A DNA stretch of 64,000 nucleotides. Origin: Minutocellus sp. GHC0000111. Its lineage: Eukaryota. Of the stretch, positions 32,345 through 44,851 are shown piece after piece. The notes beneath the pieces are model-generated. The model was not told where the DNA came from, ran no database searches, and was given only the letters and a program-made list of their open reading frames with translations. Numbering within the stretch: position 1 is the stretch's first letter; each line of letters opens with the position of its first letter. The stretch is from positions 434,001-498,000 of the forward strand of contig OZ361256.1 of the NCBI GenBank assembly GCA_977018835.1. Reading direction: 5' to 3'. A program made the position numbers and the translations under genes.

Positions 32345-33685
32345 CTAGCTTTTCTTAAACAAATTGTTGAGTTTGTTCAAATCGTCGGCGCTTGGAAGGC
32401 CATCTCCGGCCCCACCCATGCCGCCAACGTAATCATCGTCGTCGTCATCCCCAGGAGTGGGTCGAATTGGCTTCCTTGGTCGTCTTCTTGGCGGTTCTGG
32501 CTCATCATCATCGTCGTCTTCATCATCACCTTCATCGTCGTTGTTCCCAACATCGTCGTCTTCACCTTCGGATGCGTCGGTAATATTGCGCAATTCGTCG
32601 GCAATCTCCTCGTCCGTTGCCGTGGCGTTGGTTTCCAACTTGAGCCCCAGCTCCTTTGCCTGTTCCCCTAGAATTTCAATGCTGGTCTCAACCTTCTTCA
32701 GCTCTTTGTTCCACTGCCATCCTTCGTATCCAAAGCAAGACACTGCGTAGCCACCTCCGGCAATAAGAATAACCTTCGCCTGGATGTTTGATTTAGCTTT
32801 GTCGCTCATACCGGTGGCGCCAGGAGGCCGGTTCATGTAGCCGCCCTGGGACGCACCCGGAGCGCCCATGCCAGGTGCCGCCGCCGCAGCTGCAGCAGCA
32901 CCTCCATCGGAAAGGACATTGCCATCCCCAGAGGCAAAGTCCTCGTCATCGTCTTCATCCTCGTCTCCATACTCCTCCCATTGCTTCTCCTTCTGACGCT
33001 GCTGCCTCCGAAGGGCCCGACGTTCCTTTCGACTTAGCTTCTTGGAGCTGGCGTTGGCATCGGTAGTATCAGCGACAGCATCATCTGATTCACCGCCAAA
33101 ATCATGCAGCAATGTTCCAGTTTCTCCCGTTTCCGGAGTAACGAACGTGCCGTCCTCCGCTTGAATCGCACCAGGCTTGATACTGCAGGGGACTACTCTT
33201 CGATCATCATCCAACATTCGAACAACTGACGCAGGATGCGCCCGAGGTGCCGGTGGAGCACTGGCAGTAACATCAGCCGCGACAGCCGATCCAGGTCGAA
33301 GGCGGAGGGCTGTAAAATGGAGAAGCGCCAGAGACGTAACCTTTGCGACCTTCCTCATCCTTTGACGAAATCTCAAACTGAGTCTCTTCTTGGATGGAGC
33401 TTCGATGCCATCGATTTCATCACGACCATCGTTACTGTCTCTCTCGGATGCCGAAAGTTTGCTCCCAAATTCAAGTGTGGGAGCTTTCACAATTGGGCTT
33501 GATGCGGTCTGCTGCCATCTTGATAGTGGTGGCATTTGACGACATCCGTTGGTTCGGAAGGCAATGCCAGCAGATGCAAAGCATGACGACCCATCATTAA
33601 TGCCTGCCGCATTCGCGAGAACAGCCGGCGCAAGGAACAACAAAAGGGCCGGAGAAGGGGCAAATCTAGACGTGATTGCCACCAT
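32345..33685 (-). CDS. Hypothetical signal-peptide (likely plastid) protein with acidic tracts
   Basis: 446-aa ORF; hydrophobic N-terminus, acidic low-complexity C-terminus. Confidence 0.7.
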   Translation of the reverse strand: MVAITSRFAPSPALLLFLAPAVLANAAGINDGSSCFASAGIAFRTNGCRQMPPLSRWQQTASSPIVKAPTLEFGSKLSASERDSNDGRDEIDGIEAPSKKRLSLRFRQRMRKVAKVTSLALLHFTALRLRPGSAVAADVTASAPPAPRAHPASVVRMLDDDRRVVPCSIKPGAIQAEDGTFVTPETGETGTLLHDFGGESDDAVADTTDANASSKKLSRKERRALRRQQRQKEKQWEEYGDEDEDDDEDFASGDGNVLSDGGAAAAAAAAPGMGAPGASQGGYMNRPPGATGMSDKAKSNIQAKVILIAGGGYAVSCFGYEGWQWNKELKKVETSIEILGEQAKELGLKLETNATATDEEIADELRNITDASEGEDDDVGNNDDEGDDEDDDDDEPEPPRRRPRKPIRPTPGDDDDDDYVGGMGGAGDGLPSADDLNKLNNLFKKS

Positions 33686-34526
33686 TGTGTGCTATTTTCT
33701 CTCAACCTATTCTGTGAGTTGATAGGACTGACAGACACCGAAAATCCAAAAGTAGGCAATGGGAACACGTGGAGCCGGCGGGAGTGTTGATCAAAGGTGC
33801 GAGCAAAATGCTACGAATGTGGCTGAGCGCAAAATTTGCGATGGCCATGTAAGCTCAATGAGAATAAATCTTTTTCTGGCTCGGTTCGAATAGCCCGGAG
33901 CTAATGCATGCAGAGCAGCGTTCCTCTCGCAAGAAGGGTCTCAATAGCCATGTTGAAGCCACTCGACGAGGGCGAGGGCCCAACCAAGCCAACCAAGTGC
34001 GTGTTTTCGATCCGCCGAACTCATTACCTTTTACATCATTATGACATCATCAAATATCCGTATACGCTATACGGGGCTCACCCAAAAGATCCCCAAAGGT
34101 AATTCCCCCTCACGATCAGCACATCATGTGTTTTGCTTCTTGGCACTTGGCGTATCCAAGCAAAGCAAGAGGGCATTACTACAATTGATTACTACCCAAC
34201 AGACGGCTCATCTCCGCGACCATACAACGTAGCGCACGAATTAAGTCTCTCTGCCATCCCCACCATACCAGCGTTCGTCTGCGCGCACGACAATTTAAAA
34301 TGACCACCGGCGTGCCCATCTCAACCGCGCGCGCCAGCCTTGCCACCCTCCTTCCGCCGGAATGCACGTACACAGCTTTGGACTTCCGACGTGCCCTCCG
34401 CCGCTATCGAAGGCATATCATTCGCCTTAGCATTGGGCGTATGGATGAGGATGGGGAATATGTCGACAATGCGTCGTCATCTCTAGTGTGCAGCACTACT
34501 ACTCGTAGTAGTGCTGCCGAGAATAC

Positions 34527-36991
34527 ATGACTGACGACACGGAAGCACAAGCACATCATGAACTGGAGGATGATGCCTCGCTCCATGATCCGATCCCACT
34601 GAATCTCCCCCTCCCCGCGTTGGCCCGGATTATTCACTACTTCTCCACGCCGTCGTCTTGGTCAATGGCATCCTGGATCAAACCAAACCTGGACGTCGTA
34701 TCCTCCGTTCTGGCGGAGGATGCCCAAGTAAAAACACGTGCCAATGCCAATGCCGATGCCGATTTTGCCGACGCCCTCCTTTGTGCCATGGATTTTCCTG
34801 GATTTGAACTTGGGCCTCTGGGTGCTGTCAGTCCCAGCAAAATGGGTGGCAAAACGGATCCAACGAGAAATGCCATGCCAGTGGGGACAGTAGCATCCGG
34901 TCATTTCTACGTCTGTTTGCTGCCGCTACCCTTGGCGGCGCCAATGACTCGGCAGTGATGACTCTCGATTCTCTCGTCGATCGGACCTGGGTTCATAGCC
35001 CGGGGGGTCAGCTCGATCTGCTCCTGGGTCTACTTCAGATGGAACGCCGTTGTACATGGACTGGGGACGGTCGAAATGATATTACCGATGCCCATATCGA
35101 TGGCATGTTCTGGGATCTGCTCAGCGATGAGGAGAGGGAGGATGTAAATCAAATTATCGCTGCGAATTCAAGTGATGCCAAAGAATACAATGGCCTTCCC
35201 AATCTGATCGGCCTGGCATCCACCAAAATTCTCCACCTAGTTCTTCAATTTCCGGATCATGTGGGCAATCCGTCTCTCGGTGAGAAAATTATGAAGTTCC
35301 TATTTGGAGCTCACGAAGGAGAGCTTGGCGTCGTCGCTCGATGTCCCGAGGCTTTGATTTGCAGCTTCACTCGTCTTGACAGGCAATTCATGGCAGGGGC
35401 CATCACCTTGGGAACTAGGGGCAGACGATTCATGATGGATGCCGTGGAACGGCTTCGAACGGCGTACTTTTGGCCATTTCAAGAAAGCACTAGTGCTCGA
35501 ATCGTACGGACTAGATCTGCGGTCTACCGCCGCCTTTGGGAGGTAGCGCCAGATGAAGTCGAAATTGCCTGTCTCAAGCTCTGGCATGCGGTCGTTGCCA
35601 GGGTTGGCGTCAGTATCCCTGCCGATCGCACGGTGCTGAGCATTGCCGTCTCCCAAATCGCTTCTATTGTTCAGCAATCTGCTGATGTTCCCGCTGCAAT
35701 TTCTACTATCATCGATGGGCAAAAAGATTTCGAGTATCAATTTACGGTTGGGATGTTTCTAGCCGATGCCCTAGTGTTGGATCTCTCGGAATGGCTTGTC
35801 AATTGCGCCAAGATTCCCAAATTTGGCCGAATCTTTGTCGAATCGATTCTCCGTTTCATGGAACGAGAATTTGTGGGATCCCGGCCGAGGAAAGCTGCAT
35901 GGAAGGATGGTCTTACCATCCTTAGCCTGGAGAATCTTGCTGCTTTGCTCCATTTCCTCCCCAAAAGTGATATTTGCGTCACATGTCCCCGCACCAAGAC
36001 GAATCTCAAGCGCCTACTGAAGAAGTGCCTCGACATGCATGGAAGAGATCGTCATTTTATTCGTGTATTCAAACGGCCCACTCTTCCTACCATTGAAGAA
36101 GGCGATGATAATGAGGATGAGGAAATGATGGAGGAGATCGATGCTACTAGTACGTGCCAGCTGAAAAACCCCCCTGTTTCGTTCCTATCTCATCCACTAG
36201 AATCAATCCCCGAAATAATGGAATTCGAACCCACTTGGGACACTAGATCTACAAAGAGCCCCGCGAAGAAGAAATGGTCTTCCCCTACGTCAGTCAAAGA
36301 TATTGCCAATATCAGCGCCAGCTGCTCCACCCCTGTGCTGATCAACGCTGAAAGTTCTTTAGATGCACACAATTTTCCGACAGCTAAGAAGAACAATGTC
36401 CCCATCAGTGCGCACACTTTGAAGGAGGCATTTCATTTGGCACCCTTGAAGGCAGGCGGCCCGACCATCGCCGAACCAATCGATTTACGCTTCGTCGGTT
36501 CAAAGGTGAAGACCACCTTAGATGGGATCCTAGCTCACATTGATACAGCCGCAGATCGCTTGATGGCTGCAAGCTTGGCTACAGCAGGTCCAGAAAAATC
36601 TAGGGGACTCTGCCTCGCGGAGATACCCCGAGATCACGCGATTAAAGGTCATCTCTTGGACGCAGCCCTCTATGTAGAGAAAGCGATGGCCGAGCTCGAT
36701 CCAAAAATTCTCGAGGCGACAGAACATGATATTGGTTTGTTCGCTAAGGCAATACTCGACAACCTTTACGAATGGCCAATGCATTCAGAGCCCTTCCGAC
36801 TAGAGGTCCATGTAGGACTCCTCGAGCTTATTCTAGCGCGCATGCCCAAGTTGAAGCCAAGCCTCATCGCTTGGACCAAGAGCAATCATACTGTTTCCAA
36901 TAACCAGAGCGACCATCATGTTCATGTCGTCTCATTGCTAGTTTGTGCTGGTCTCATCGAGGAAGAAGAGGAAGAAGGCTCAAATCTATAG
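34527..36991 (+). CDS. Hypothetical helical protein with possible divergent CNOT1/Not1-like segments
   Basis: ORFs 34527-34958 and 34955-36991; FTVGMFLAD..LDLSEWL and HVGLLELI...VVSLLVCAGLI recall Not1 HEAT regions. Junction unresolved. Confidence 0.5.
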
Positions 36992-37549
36992 CTGCCAACA
37001 GTGGAAGGGAAATAACCGTCGAAATAATTGAGTTTGGTACGGTATCTGCAAGAACGATTCCCAACTATGCCATGAGGAATACAACATTGTTATGTTGCAT
37101 CGGCATGAGAGTGAACTATCAAATACTCTAAATGCTAATGGCGACTCGTTTCGGCTCACATGAAATCAATACAAACATTGCGCTTGCTAGCTGTAAATAA
37201 TTCCCACTCTGTGTGGATAAAAGCTTGCATGAATGTCTCATTTTCGGAATAAAGGTTCTATCTACTCTAGACTAGCTAGTATGTAGAGACTAGCTACGTA
37301 GCTCATGATTGTTCAGGTCTAACGAAACGTATTAGAGCACAATTACCGGCGAAACCAATCTACACGCTCACCTACTTATGCCATCAGCTTGGCACAAAGC
37401 CAATTTGATTGACAAACAACCAGTCAACCAGTGTTCTTATGATCTAACCTAACTAATACTGCAAATATTCACATGTTCACCATCTCACCGCAAACCACGA
37501 CGCAGCCTTTTTGTTCCAGCACAAACATTCACCACTGAAAGTAAACACT

Positions 37550-38371
37550 CTACGAAAGCTTGGCGGCTGCGCGCTCGGCCTTGCGTTCGACATCGGTACC
37601 CACGTCCTCGTACTGCGCGGCCTGGACAATAGCCTCTGCGTAGCGGCAGTACTTGAAGGTGGCAAGATCGCCAACCGTGTGCACGTGAAGCTCGGCGAGA
37701 AGGCTTCCAGCAGCGTCGCTCACACCCTGCAGGGCGGCAACGGGCGCCTCGACGATTTCCTTCAAGCTCTTGGTCTCGTAGGCTTTGTCGACCATTTTGT
37801 TCACTTTCATCATCGAACCCTCGGGACGATCGCCTTCCACCTCAGTTTCGGCCAAGGTTGCAATGGCACGTGCCCACTTGAAGTACTTGTAGTTGGCCAG
37901 ATCCTCGACCGTATTGAGTTTGAGCTCAGCAGCAACCTCGGTCGCCTTGGGACCGATTCCCTGCATGGTGGAAACCTCGGCAGTGACCAGGTCCGTAAAA
38001 TGCTTGCCCTCGTCATCCTTCATGATCGCCGTGCTGATGTTGCGGGTGTGATCCTCAAAGCCAGTCTGTATGTATTGTTTCGAATGGGAGACAAGGTGGA
38101 AGGGGAGGGAAATGTGGGTCAGCGGACATATTCCTCCAAACACAAAAGGCTGTAGCCTGACGAGCAAGCACTTCAGGCGCTAATAATTCAAAATTGATCA
38201 ACAATCCATAAAAATAAATATTGGCTTGAAAATGCATTGGGAACGAATAATCGAACCCATCGAATCGAATCTCGAATGCGAAGCTCCGCCGCGAAACCGA
38301 AATGTGCTTTAGTGACTGGGGAAATATTGCACACGCACCTTGACCTTCTTGGGAGCAGGTTCGTCGGACAT
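37550..38371 (-). CDS. Small two-repeat helix-hairpin-helix-like protein (exons 38371-38339 and 38065-37550)
   Basis: Internal duplication VSTMQGIGPKATEVAAELKLNTVEDLANYKYF / VAALQGVSDAAGSLLAELHVHTVGDLATFKYC; phase-0 GT-AG intron. Confidence 0.75.
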
Positions 38372-38655
38372 GTTTGGTATTAGTGCGAATGGGTGGAAGG
38401 ATACTAGCATGATTGAAAGCAATACATACAAAGCGCAGGCAAGGAGGGGCATTAAATTAAAATCGAACCGGCGGAAGATCCAAGAAGAAGCTTCCAAGAT
38501 CCTCCAATTTTCGAATGCTAAAAAGGCGATCCGCAGATTTTGGAGATGCGATGTCAAACGCGGGTTCTCTTCGAGCATCCATTCCATCGCATCGGCCGAT
38601 GGCACGCAAAAGCTTCTCATAAATCAAACGAACCCCGAACGCAAACCTACCAAAC

Positions 38656-39512
38656 ATGAAGTCATCCCTCGCCTTCCTTGCCCGTCGAGCCGCAGTCGTT
38701 GCCAGCCGTCGCGGCGTTGCATCACCAGCTGTTGCCACGACCTTCGTCCGCGCAGCGTTCAGCACACAAGCAGCCCACGATTTCGAGTCCAACATGGTAA
38801 GCGTTGAATGAGAACCTCTGATGAAACATCAGTCAGCCAGTTAGGTACTAGCTAGCAACGAACCAACTCATGAGCTACGCAGAATGCTTGTTTTCTTGGG
38901 CGAATCATTGTGCTTCTTTCACTTTCTTAACTTGTAGGCACATGATTTTTACTCACGTATCACAATGTCTCGTGCTACTTTGTCGTTTTTTCAAGATATT
39001 ATTGACGACGTCAACCATTTGAACGACCCCAAGGTGGCAAGCCAATTCGCTGTCGAGTCGCCGGATGGAGACTACGATGGCCATCTCGCAGAGGAACTGG
39101 CTGAAGTTAAGCGGCTCATTGATGCTCAGGCTGCCTCGGCCGAAGATGCCTCTGCCATCCTTCGCGATCGCGCTGCCGTGGCAAAAACTCTCGCCGTCGA
39201 TGCACCCGATGGTGAAGACGATGCGCACTTCAGCGAGGAAATGTTGGAGATTGCCAAAATTATCGATGCTCAGGCCGCCTCCGCCGAGGATGCCTCTGCC
39301 ATCCTCGCTGATAGGGCCGCCGCTGCAAAGGTTATGGCTGTCGAGAGCCCGACGGTGAAGTCGATGGTCATATACTGGAAGAACTGGAGGAAGTGAATCA
39401 CATTATTGACGAAGCGGCCAAGTACGAGGACAAGGACGCGGTCGAAAAGAGGCACGATTGGGACAAGAAGGAAAGGATTGAAGCCGAAAAACACCCCGAG
39501 CATGACTGGTAG
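38656..39512 (+). CDS. Probable mitochondrion-targeted acidic repeat protein (three ~44-aa AV(E/D)xPDG repeats)
   Basis: Presequence MKSSLAFLARRAAVVASRRG...; intron ~38796-38995; repeats AVESPDGDYDGHLAEEL / AVDAPDGEDDAHFSEEM / AVESP(D)GEVDGHILEEL. Confidence 0.7.
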
Positions 39513-39668
39513 GCGTTCATGTTGGCAACAAAAATTGCTAGTACTGGAAAATCCGCATTTCAGCAAAGATTAGATATACACCTCGGCGAAAATATACGAA
39601 ATTATTTTAGCATAGCATTTATTAGAAGTATTCAGGAGTATTTCTTTTTCTCTCCAATTCATCGACAA

Positions 39669-41564
39669 CTACTCATTGTTCCGCTTCAAGCAAGCAAGCT
39701 TGGGAACTGTGAGCTCAATTTTTGTCCTCTTTGGCTGCTTGGCCAGGTACGAGAGCTGTTCACGAACATGTGTTGCTGCGAGAGATCGAAGCATGCGTCG
39801 AGTCTTCTCATTGACGATACTAGAATTCGATAAGGCCATGGCTTTGGCATAAATTCGAGCATCCCAAAGCATTCTCCGCTGGCTGAAAGTAGTGTCTTGA
39901 GAGAGTCCGTGGGATGTCTCTTCCGTGAACATTGTAGAGGAATCAGAAGGTAAGAACGAGGGTCTCAAGACAATGCCTGGTCGGTATGGAAGTCTATGCA
40001 AAATGCCGTCACTTGTATTGGATGGAGTTTCAACTTCGGCTTCGATTTCGGCACCACTGTCATAATTATATTCTCGAAGTACGCCCTCGAGATCGATTGC
40101 GCAACCGCTGCCACGAAGAGCGACCTCAAAATTTGGCGACAGCACTCCAAATGGCTGAAAGCAGGCAGATCCATTTTGCCTGGCTTCGATCCATTGGACC
40201 ACATTGTTTGGTGCCTCTATAGAGTCATCATCGTGCAAGAAATCCAAGCCTTTCCGGTTGACATCTATGTCTGAAGGCTTATCCAAGAAATCAAGTCCTC
40301 GTTTATCGATCGGCCAAGATGTGAAGCTTTCGCCCGTGACATTCTCTTGTTCCGGCCCATCCTGACGAAATATATTGACTTGGTATTTCTCTGATTTTTT
40401 TTCAATATCATCAGCATTGATCGATGCGTTATCGCTCGAGTCTGCTGGTGCTATTTCGTCACGAATGGAGGAATCCAATCCTTTCCTCTGGACATAATAT
40501 GCTTCTCGATCGAAACGTGAAGGTTCGATTCTTTGCCAAACTTCCGCATCTCCGGCATCGGCTCCTCCCTGCCCATGGATGTCAACCATGATCACTTGCC
40601 TTGGCAAATGCGCCATGAGACTGGAAGAGATGGCCACCAGCAAATACAATGTCACAGCAATCTTGAGATTAGTGGTCGTCCAACCACCATTGGCGTTTCG
40701 CTCCGTCCTTTGTGTTGACGTGTTGTCGTCCACTGCAACAGGGCTGAAGTTGAGTTCGCTCACGATTCTGTCTACATCATCCAGCATGTCATCCACAGCC
40801 TTGTCCTCTGGACTCATGTTGACAATGCTCCCAGTGACCGTCGTCAGCACACGAACATGCGTGGACTGCAAGTCAAACGGGATTTCTGACACCAATGACG
40901 CCGAATCTCGGTCGCATTCGAATGACAATGGAAGGTCAGCCTGGTCAGCACCGCCATTCTCTGAACGGATGGGACTTGCCATCTGTCCCTCGTTGACGCC
41001 CAAAGTGGTTTGGATGCTACGAATCTCCTCGATGAGCTCGCACTCGATTCTGCTGGCCTGTTCGACGAGCCGGTCAAGAGAAGGGAGATTGTGATTCGCA
41101 TCGCTTCCTGGAAGATGTTTGATCGTCGACAGATATTTCTCGGTGGTAGGATGGATGTAAAGATCCTGTCGGAACGAAGGAATGATGGCAGAAGGAGAAG
41201 TCGATGGATTGGTCGTTTCCCTGGTCGCCGCGTTATCAAACGTAGTTTTGCTCTGGTCATCCTTTTTCAGATTTGCATGAGTGCTCTTTGCGTTGCCAGC
41301 ATTGAGATCCTTCAAAGCAAGCCCACTTGGCGCAGAGACTGCTGCCATCTTGGCATGCGCATTTGATGGTTCAATATCAGTAGACAATACCTTTTTGTTC
41401 TTTTTTTTGTTCTTCCTTCTTCGCCTCTTTGATTTCTGCTGCTGGTTGGGTGATGCATCATCGTCGTCACCGTTTTCTTTCGATGGTCTTCTGGACGCCA
41501 CAGGAGTGTCCACGCCGTCCTGCAAAATCTCCCACCTACTGCTTTTACTGCTCGCCCACATCAC
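39669..41564 (-). CDS. Hypothetical single-pass membrane protein
   Basis: 631-aa uninterrupted ORF; basic cluster KRRRRKNKKKNKK and one TM segment. Confidence 0.7.
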   Translation of the reverse strand: MMWASSKSSRWEILQDGVDTPVASRRPSKENGDDDDASPNQQQKSKRRRRKNKKKNKKVLSTDIEPSNAHAKMAAVSAPSGLALKDLNAGNAKSTHANLKKDDQSKTTFDNAATRETTNPSTSPSAIIPSFRQDLYIHPTTEKYLSTIKHLPGSDANHNLPSLDRLVEQASRIECELIEEIRSIQTTLGVNEGQMASPIRSENGGADQADLPLSFECDRDSASLVSEIPFDLQSTHVRVLTTVTGSIVNMSPEDKAVDDMLDDVDRIVSELNFSPVAVDDNTSTQRTERNANGGWTTTNLKIAVTLYLLVAISSSLMAHLPRQVIMVDIHGQGGADAGDAEVWQRIEPSRFDREAYYVQRKGLDSSIRDEIAPADSSDNASINADDIEKKSEKYQVNIFRQDGPEQENVTGESFTSWPIDKRGLDFLDKPSDIDVNRKGLDFLHDDDSIEAPNNVVQWIEARQNGSACFQPFGVLSPNFEVALRGSGCAIDLEGVLREYNYDSGAEIEAEVETPSNTSDGILHRLPYRPGIVLRPSFLPSDSSTMFTEETSHGLSQDTTFSQRRMLWDARIYAKAMALSNSSIVNEKTRRMLRSLAATHVREQLSYLAKQPKRTKIELTVPKLACLKRNNE

Positions 41565-42720
41565 TGCAGTACTGGCAATCTGGTGCTAGGTCCACTCAGC
41601 TACAGTTGCTGTATCTATCCCTTGAAGAAGAGAACATGCAAACGACAAAAGGATGTCAGTTCGAACGACTAGCGACTGTGATGAATGGCCGTTGCTTTTC
41701 CGTCATTTGAGTCGAACGAGTCCAACAAAACAGGATTTTGCGTCCAGTTTGCGTCAGGTTTTCGCCTGTTTTTTGCGTCGCGATCGCGCAGGCTAGCAGG
41801 AGACTACGTAGATCTAGATCTTGAAATCTACGTACCTAGGTACATGTAGCTACATGTGTAGGAGATTTCATCTGAAAGCACCTTGAGTTGTTGAGTGTCC
41901 AGGCCAACACCAACGGAGTGAAGGCAATGGTGAGTAATGATGCAGCACCGGCCGTGCGGTGGTGGGATATTGGGGGGTCACAAGAGATACATGTAGGTGC
42001 ATCTGGCCGTCGGCATTTGCAAAAGGCTTTGGGTCAATTTGACTGATGATAAAGTTGATACCTTTTCTGTATTTTCATTTTATTTCTAAGACAAAAGCAT
42101 CGGATGGAGATGATGTCTCTTGCGATATATTACGCTGCTTTGCTTTCCATATTCAGTAAGATTGGCTCCAACCGCACAATGACACAATGCTCGTCTTCCC
42201 TTATGATGCCGGTACCATTGGGAAAAGTTAAACGCGACGATTACATCTCGCTCTTCTTTTTTGGTACTGTACCATGGTATGAGTAACGATTCTAATGACG
42301 ACCACATGTTATTCCCAAAGATCTTTTCATTCACATCCTGCTCTGCCTGTGAACTCCCAGCTTGCTTTTTCACAATCGCCACCCGATTCTCTTTTAATAC
42401 CCCCCCACCAACCTCTCAACATAATAACCCTACATGTACTGACAGTATAATCTGACCTACATGTATGTGAACACGTGTTCATTGTATCTTCTGTCTCTTT
42501 TTTGTTTATTTGTTTTTCTCCCCTTTAGATATGCCAACCAAATGCCCTGCAGAATTTCCAGCCACGCAATGGAACGGAACTTACAAACCGGTACAATGCA
42601 AATTTACGAACCACGCGAACGACAATATATATATAATGATATTGGCTGCATTGGCTACACGTACAAAATAAATTGCTGCAAATGGCAGATCTGAATCCCC
42701 GACGCGGTAAATCTACGTAG

Positions 42721-43587
42721 CTAGTCGGACTTGTTGTTGGTGGCGGCGTAGCACGCGTCGATCTGCTTCTGGAACTCGACGGCGCTGGACTCCCTCTCAA
42801 GTCTCTCCCGGCGAAGGTCCTCGGAGCACTTGCGTGCCTCGGCGGCGGACCGCTTGTCGGCCAGGCGGGACTTCTCGCTCTCGGCCAGCTTGGTCTTGTA
42901 CGTTTCGACCTCGGCCTGGAGGAAGCGAAGCTCCTGGCTGAGGTTGGTCTCGGTGAGGATGCGGAGGGAGCGCTCGTGGGAGTAGAGGGTGGCCAGGCCC
43001 AAGGTGGAGAGAACGAGGAAGGAGAGGGTCACCAGGCGGGTGAGGATGATGGCCTTGCTCTTGGGAGGGGCGGTGGCGGAGGTATCGGCGGTCGCGGTGG
43101 CGGTGGCCTTGGGAGCTGGAGCGCCCACCCCGGCGGCCTCGTCGTCGTCGGAATCCTCGGGGGCAGGGGCGGCGGCCTCCTTCTTGTCCCCCTTCTTGGC
43201 CTTGCGCTTCTCTGCCCACTCCTTGGCACGTCGCTCGGCCTCGGCGCGCTTTTGGGCCTTGGTCTTCTTGGCGGCGGGAGAGGTGGCAGCGGTGGCAGCG
43301 CGGAAGGCGGCAGCTCCGGACTGACCTCCGCCGCCGGCAGGAGCAGGTGGGTCCGACGATGCGGCAGCACCTCCGCGGCCCGAGCCCCAGCGGAAGAAAC
43401 CGCCGACTCCGCCTCCATTGGCAGCTGGTGCGGGGGCCGGCGCGGCGGCGGCAGCGGCCGGAGGGGCGGCGACGTCCTCGGCCTCGACGGCAGAAGTCTT
43501 CTGGGCCTTGTTCGGCGTCGTGCTCTTGCCGTCCGTCTTGCGGGTGCGCTTCCGCCCGGGGGAGGGAGAGGTTACCTTGGCCACCAT
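42721..43587 (-). CDS. Hypothetical protein: basic/Ala-rich N-terminus, one TM helix, C-terminal coiled coil
   Basis: 288-aa ORF with strong GC3 codon bias. Confidence 0.75.
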   Translation of the reverse strand: MVAKVTSPSPGRKRTRKTDGKSTTPNKAQKTSAVEAEDVAAPPAAAAAAPAPAPAANGGGVGGFFRWGSGRGGAAASSDPPAPAGGGGQSGAAAFRAATAATSPAAKKTKAQKRAEAERRAKEWAEKRKAKKGDKKEAAAPAPEDSDDDEAAGVGAPAPKATATATADTSATAPPKSKAIILTRLVTLSFLVLSTLGLATLYSHERSLRILTETNLSQELRFLQAEVETYKTKLAESEKSRLADKRSAAEARKCSEDLRRERLERESSAVEFQKQIDACYAATNNKSD

Positions 43588-43781
43588 GGTTGCGGTACTG
43601 ATGAGATTTCAAGATGCAAAAAAATGACTTTGCAACTTCTTGAGCTCGCGAGCCTACCGCGCCAAAATCCGTTGGTCGGGGAGGACAAAAAGATGATGAG
43701 TGAAGAATGCATCAGCTGCGTATCGTCGTATCGTCGCGTCACATGCTGCTGTACCAAGACCAACATTCTCCTACCAGCAGC

Positions 43782-44834
43782 ATGAAATTCGACAACCGTC
43801 CCACCCTCTCCCGTTCCGCGGCGGTATCAGTTTACAATGGCTTCGCAGAAGTCGACCACACTGGTGGGAAGGACGTAGGGAGCGGCTATGGCGGACCTGC
43901 CATCAGTGCTCTGCTGGACATGGCCAACTTTCCCCGTCTACTAGTATCAGATAATTGTGCTGGTGCAACCTGCAATGTGGTCGATTATGGGGTTGGGCAG
44001 GGCAAACTGGCCGAGTTGGTGCTATCGGCATCCTCCACCGACATGCATGCATCTCCCCAGCAGTCTTCCATGACAGATGCACGGCAACAACAGCAGCAGC
44101 ATCCGATACGATGGAGGGGCATCGATCAGTCACCTCTCATGGTGGAGGCGGCTCGTAGACGTTTGCGGCAGTACATTGGCGATGCCAATGGCACGAAAGA
44201 TGACTGCGAAGAAGAAAACTCACCAGATGGCATTGTTTCCATTGAACTGCTCGAGAGTGGCAACCCAACCGACATCATCCCCTCTATCGAGCGGCATTCG
44301 GTGCAGCGATTCGTCTCGACATATTGCTTGGATCTACTGTCGGAAGACGACATGTACAAGGTATTGGATGTGGCCGAGCACTGTCTCGATCCAGAGGAGG
44401 GATTGCTACTATTGGCGGGCATTACGTGGGGATACAAGGATTCGATCAAGACATTCATCATGACATTGGTGTGGGAGATACTGTACATGGTCGCAAGAAA
44501 GAAGGTGGGTGGATGCAGACCACAGCATTTGGAACCATATCTCAAGGCCAAGGGGTGGAGAGTTGTCCAACAACGTCGAACGATGCCCAATGGATTTCCC
44601 TGGATGGTGAGCGAGGTCCTTGCAGCTCGTCCTCCTCTGGATTTGAACTGTTATAGGCCTAGGAATTCCTGGCACGAGAGAATTTTTTATCAAAAGCCCA
44701 AGAGAGGGAACTTCCCTAACTCAAAATCCCCTCTATGTCCTTGTGCTCTTGCATGCGATCTTTCCGCCGCCTTTCAATCTCACAATTCGAGAGATGATAA
44801 TGAGAAGCGAACCATATCGTATAATATCCAATAG
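43782..44834 (+). CDS. Class I SAM-dependent methyltransferase
   Basis: VVDYGVGQGKLA, GIDQSPLMVEAARRRL, RFVSTYCLDLL; both termini uncertain. Confidence 0.8.
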   Translation: MKFDNRPTLSRSAAVSVYNGFAEVDHTGGKDVGSGYGGPAISALLDMANFPRLLVSDNCAGATCNVVDYGVGQGKLAELVLSASSTDMHASPQQSSMTDARQQQQQHPIRWRGIDQSPLMVEAARRRLRQYIGDANGTKDDCEEENSPDGIVSIELLESGNPTDIIPSIERHSVQRFVSTYCLDLLSEDDMYKVLDVAEHCLDPEEGLLLLAGITWGYKDSIKTFIMTLVWEILYMVARKKVGGCRPQHLEPYLKAKGWRVVQQRRTMPNGFPWMVSEVLAARPPLDLNCYRPRNSWHERIFYQKPKRGNFPNSKSPLCPCALACDLSAAFQSHNSRDDNEKRTISYNIQ

Positions 44835-44851
44835 AAGGCTACCGACGCAGA

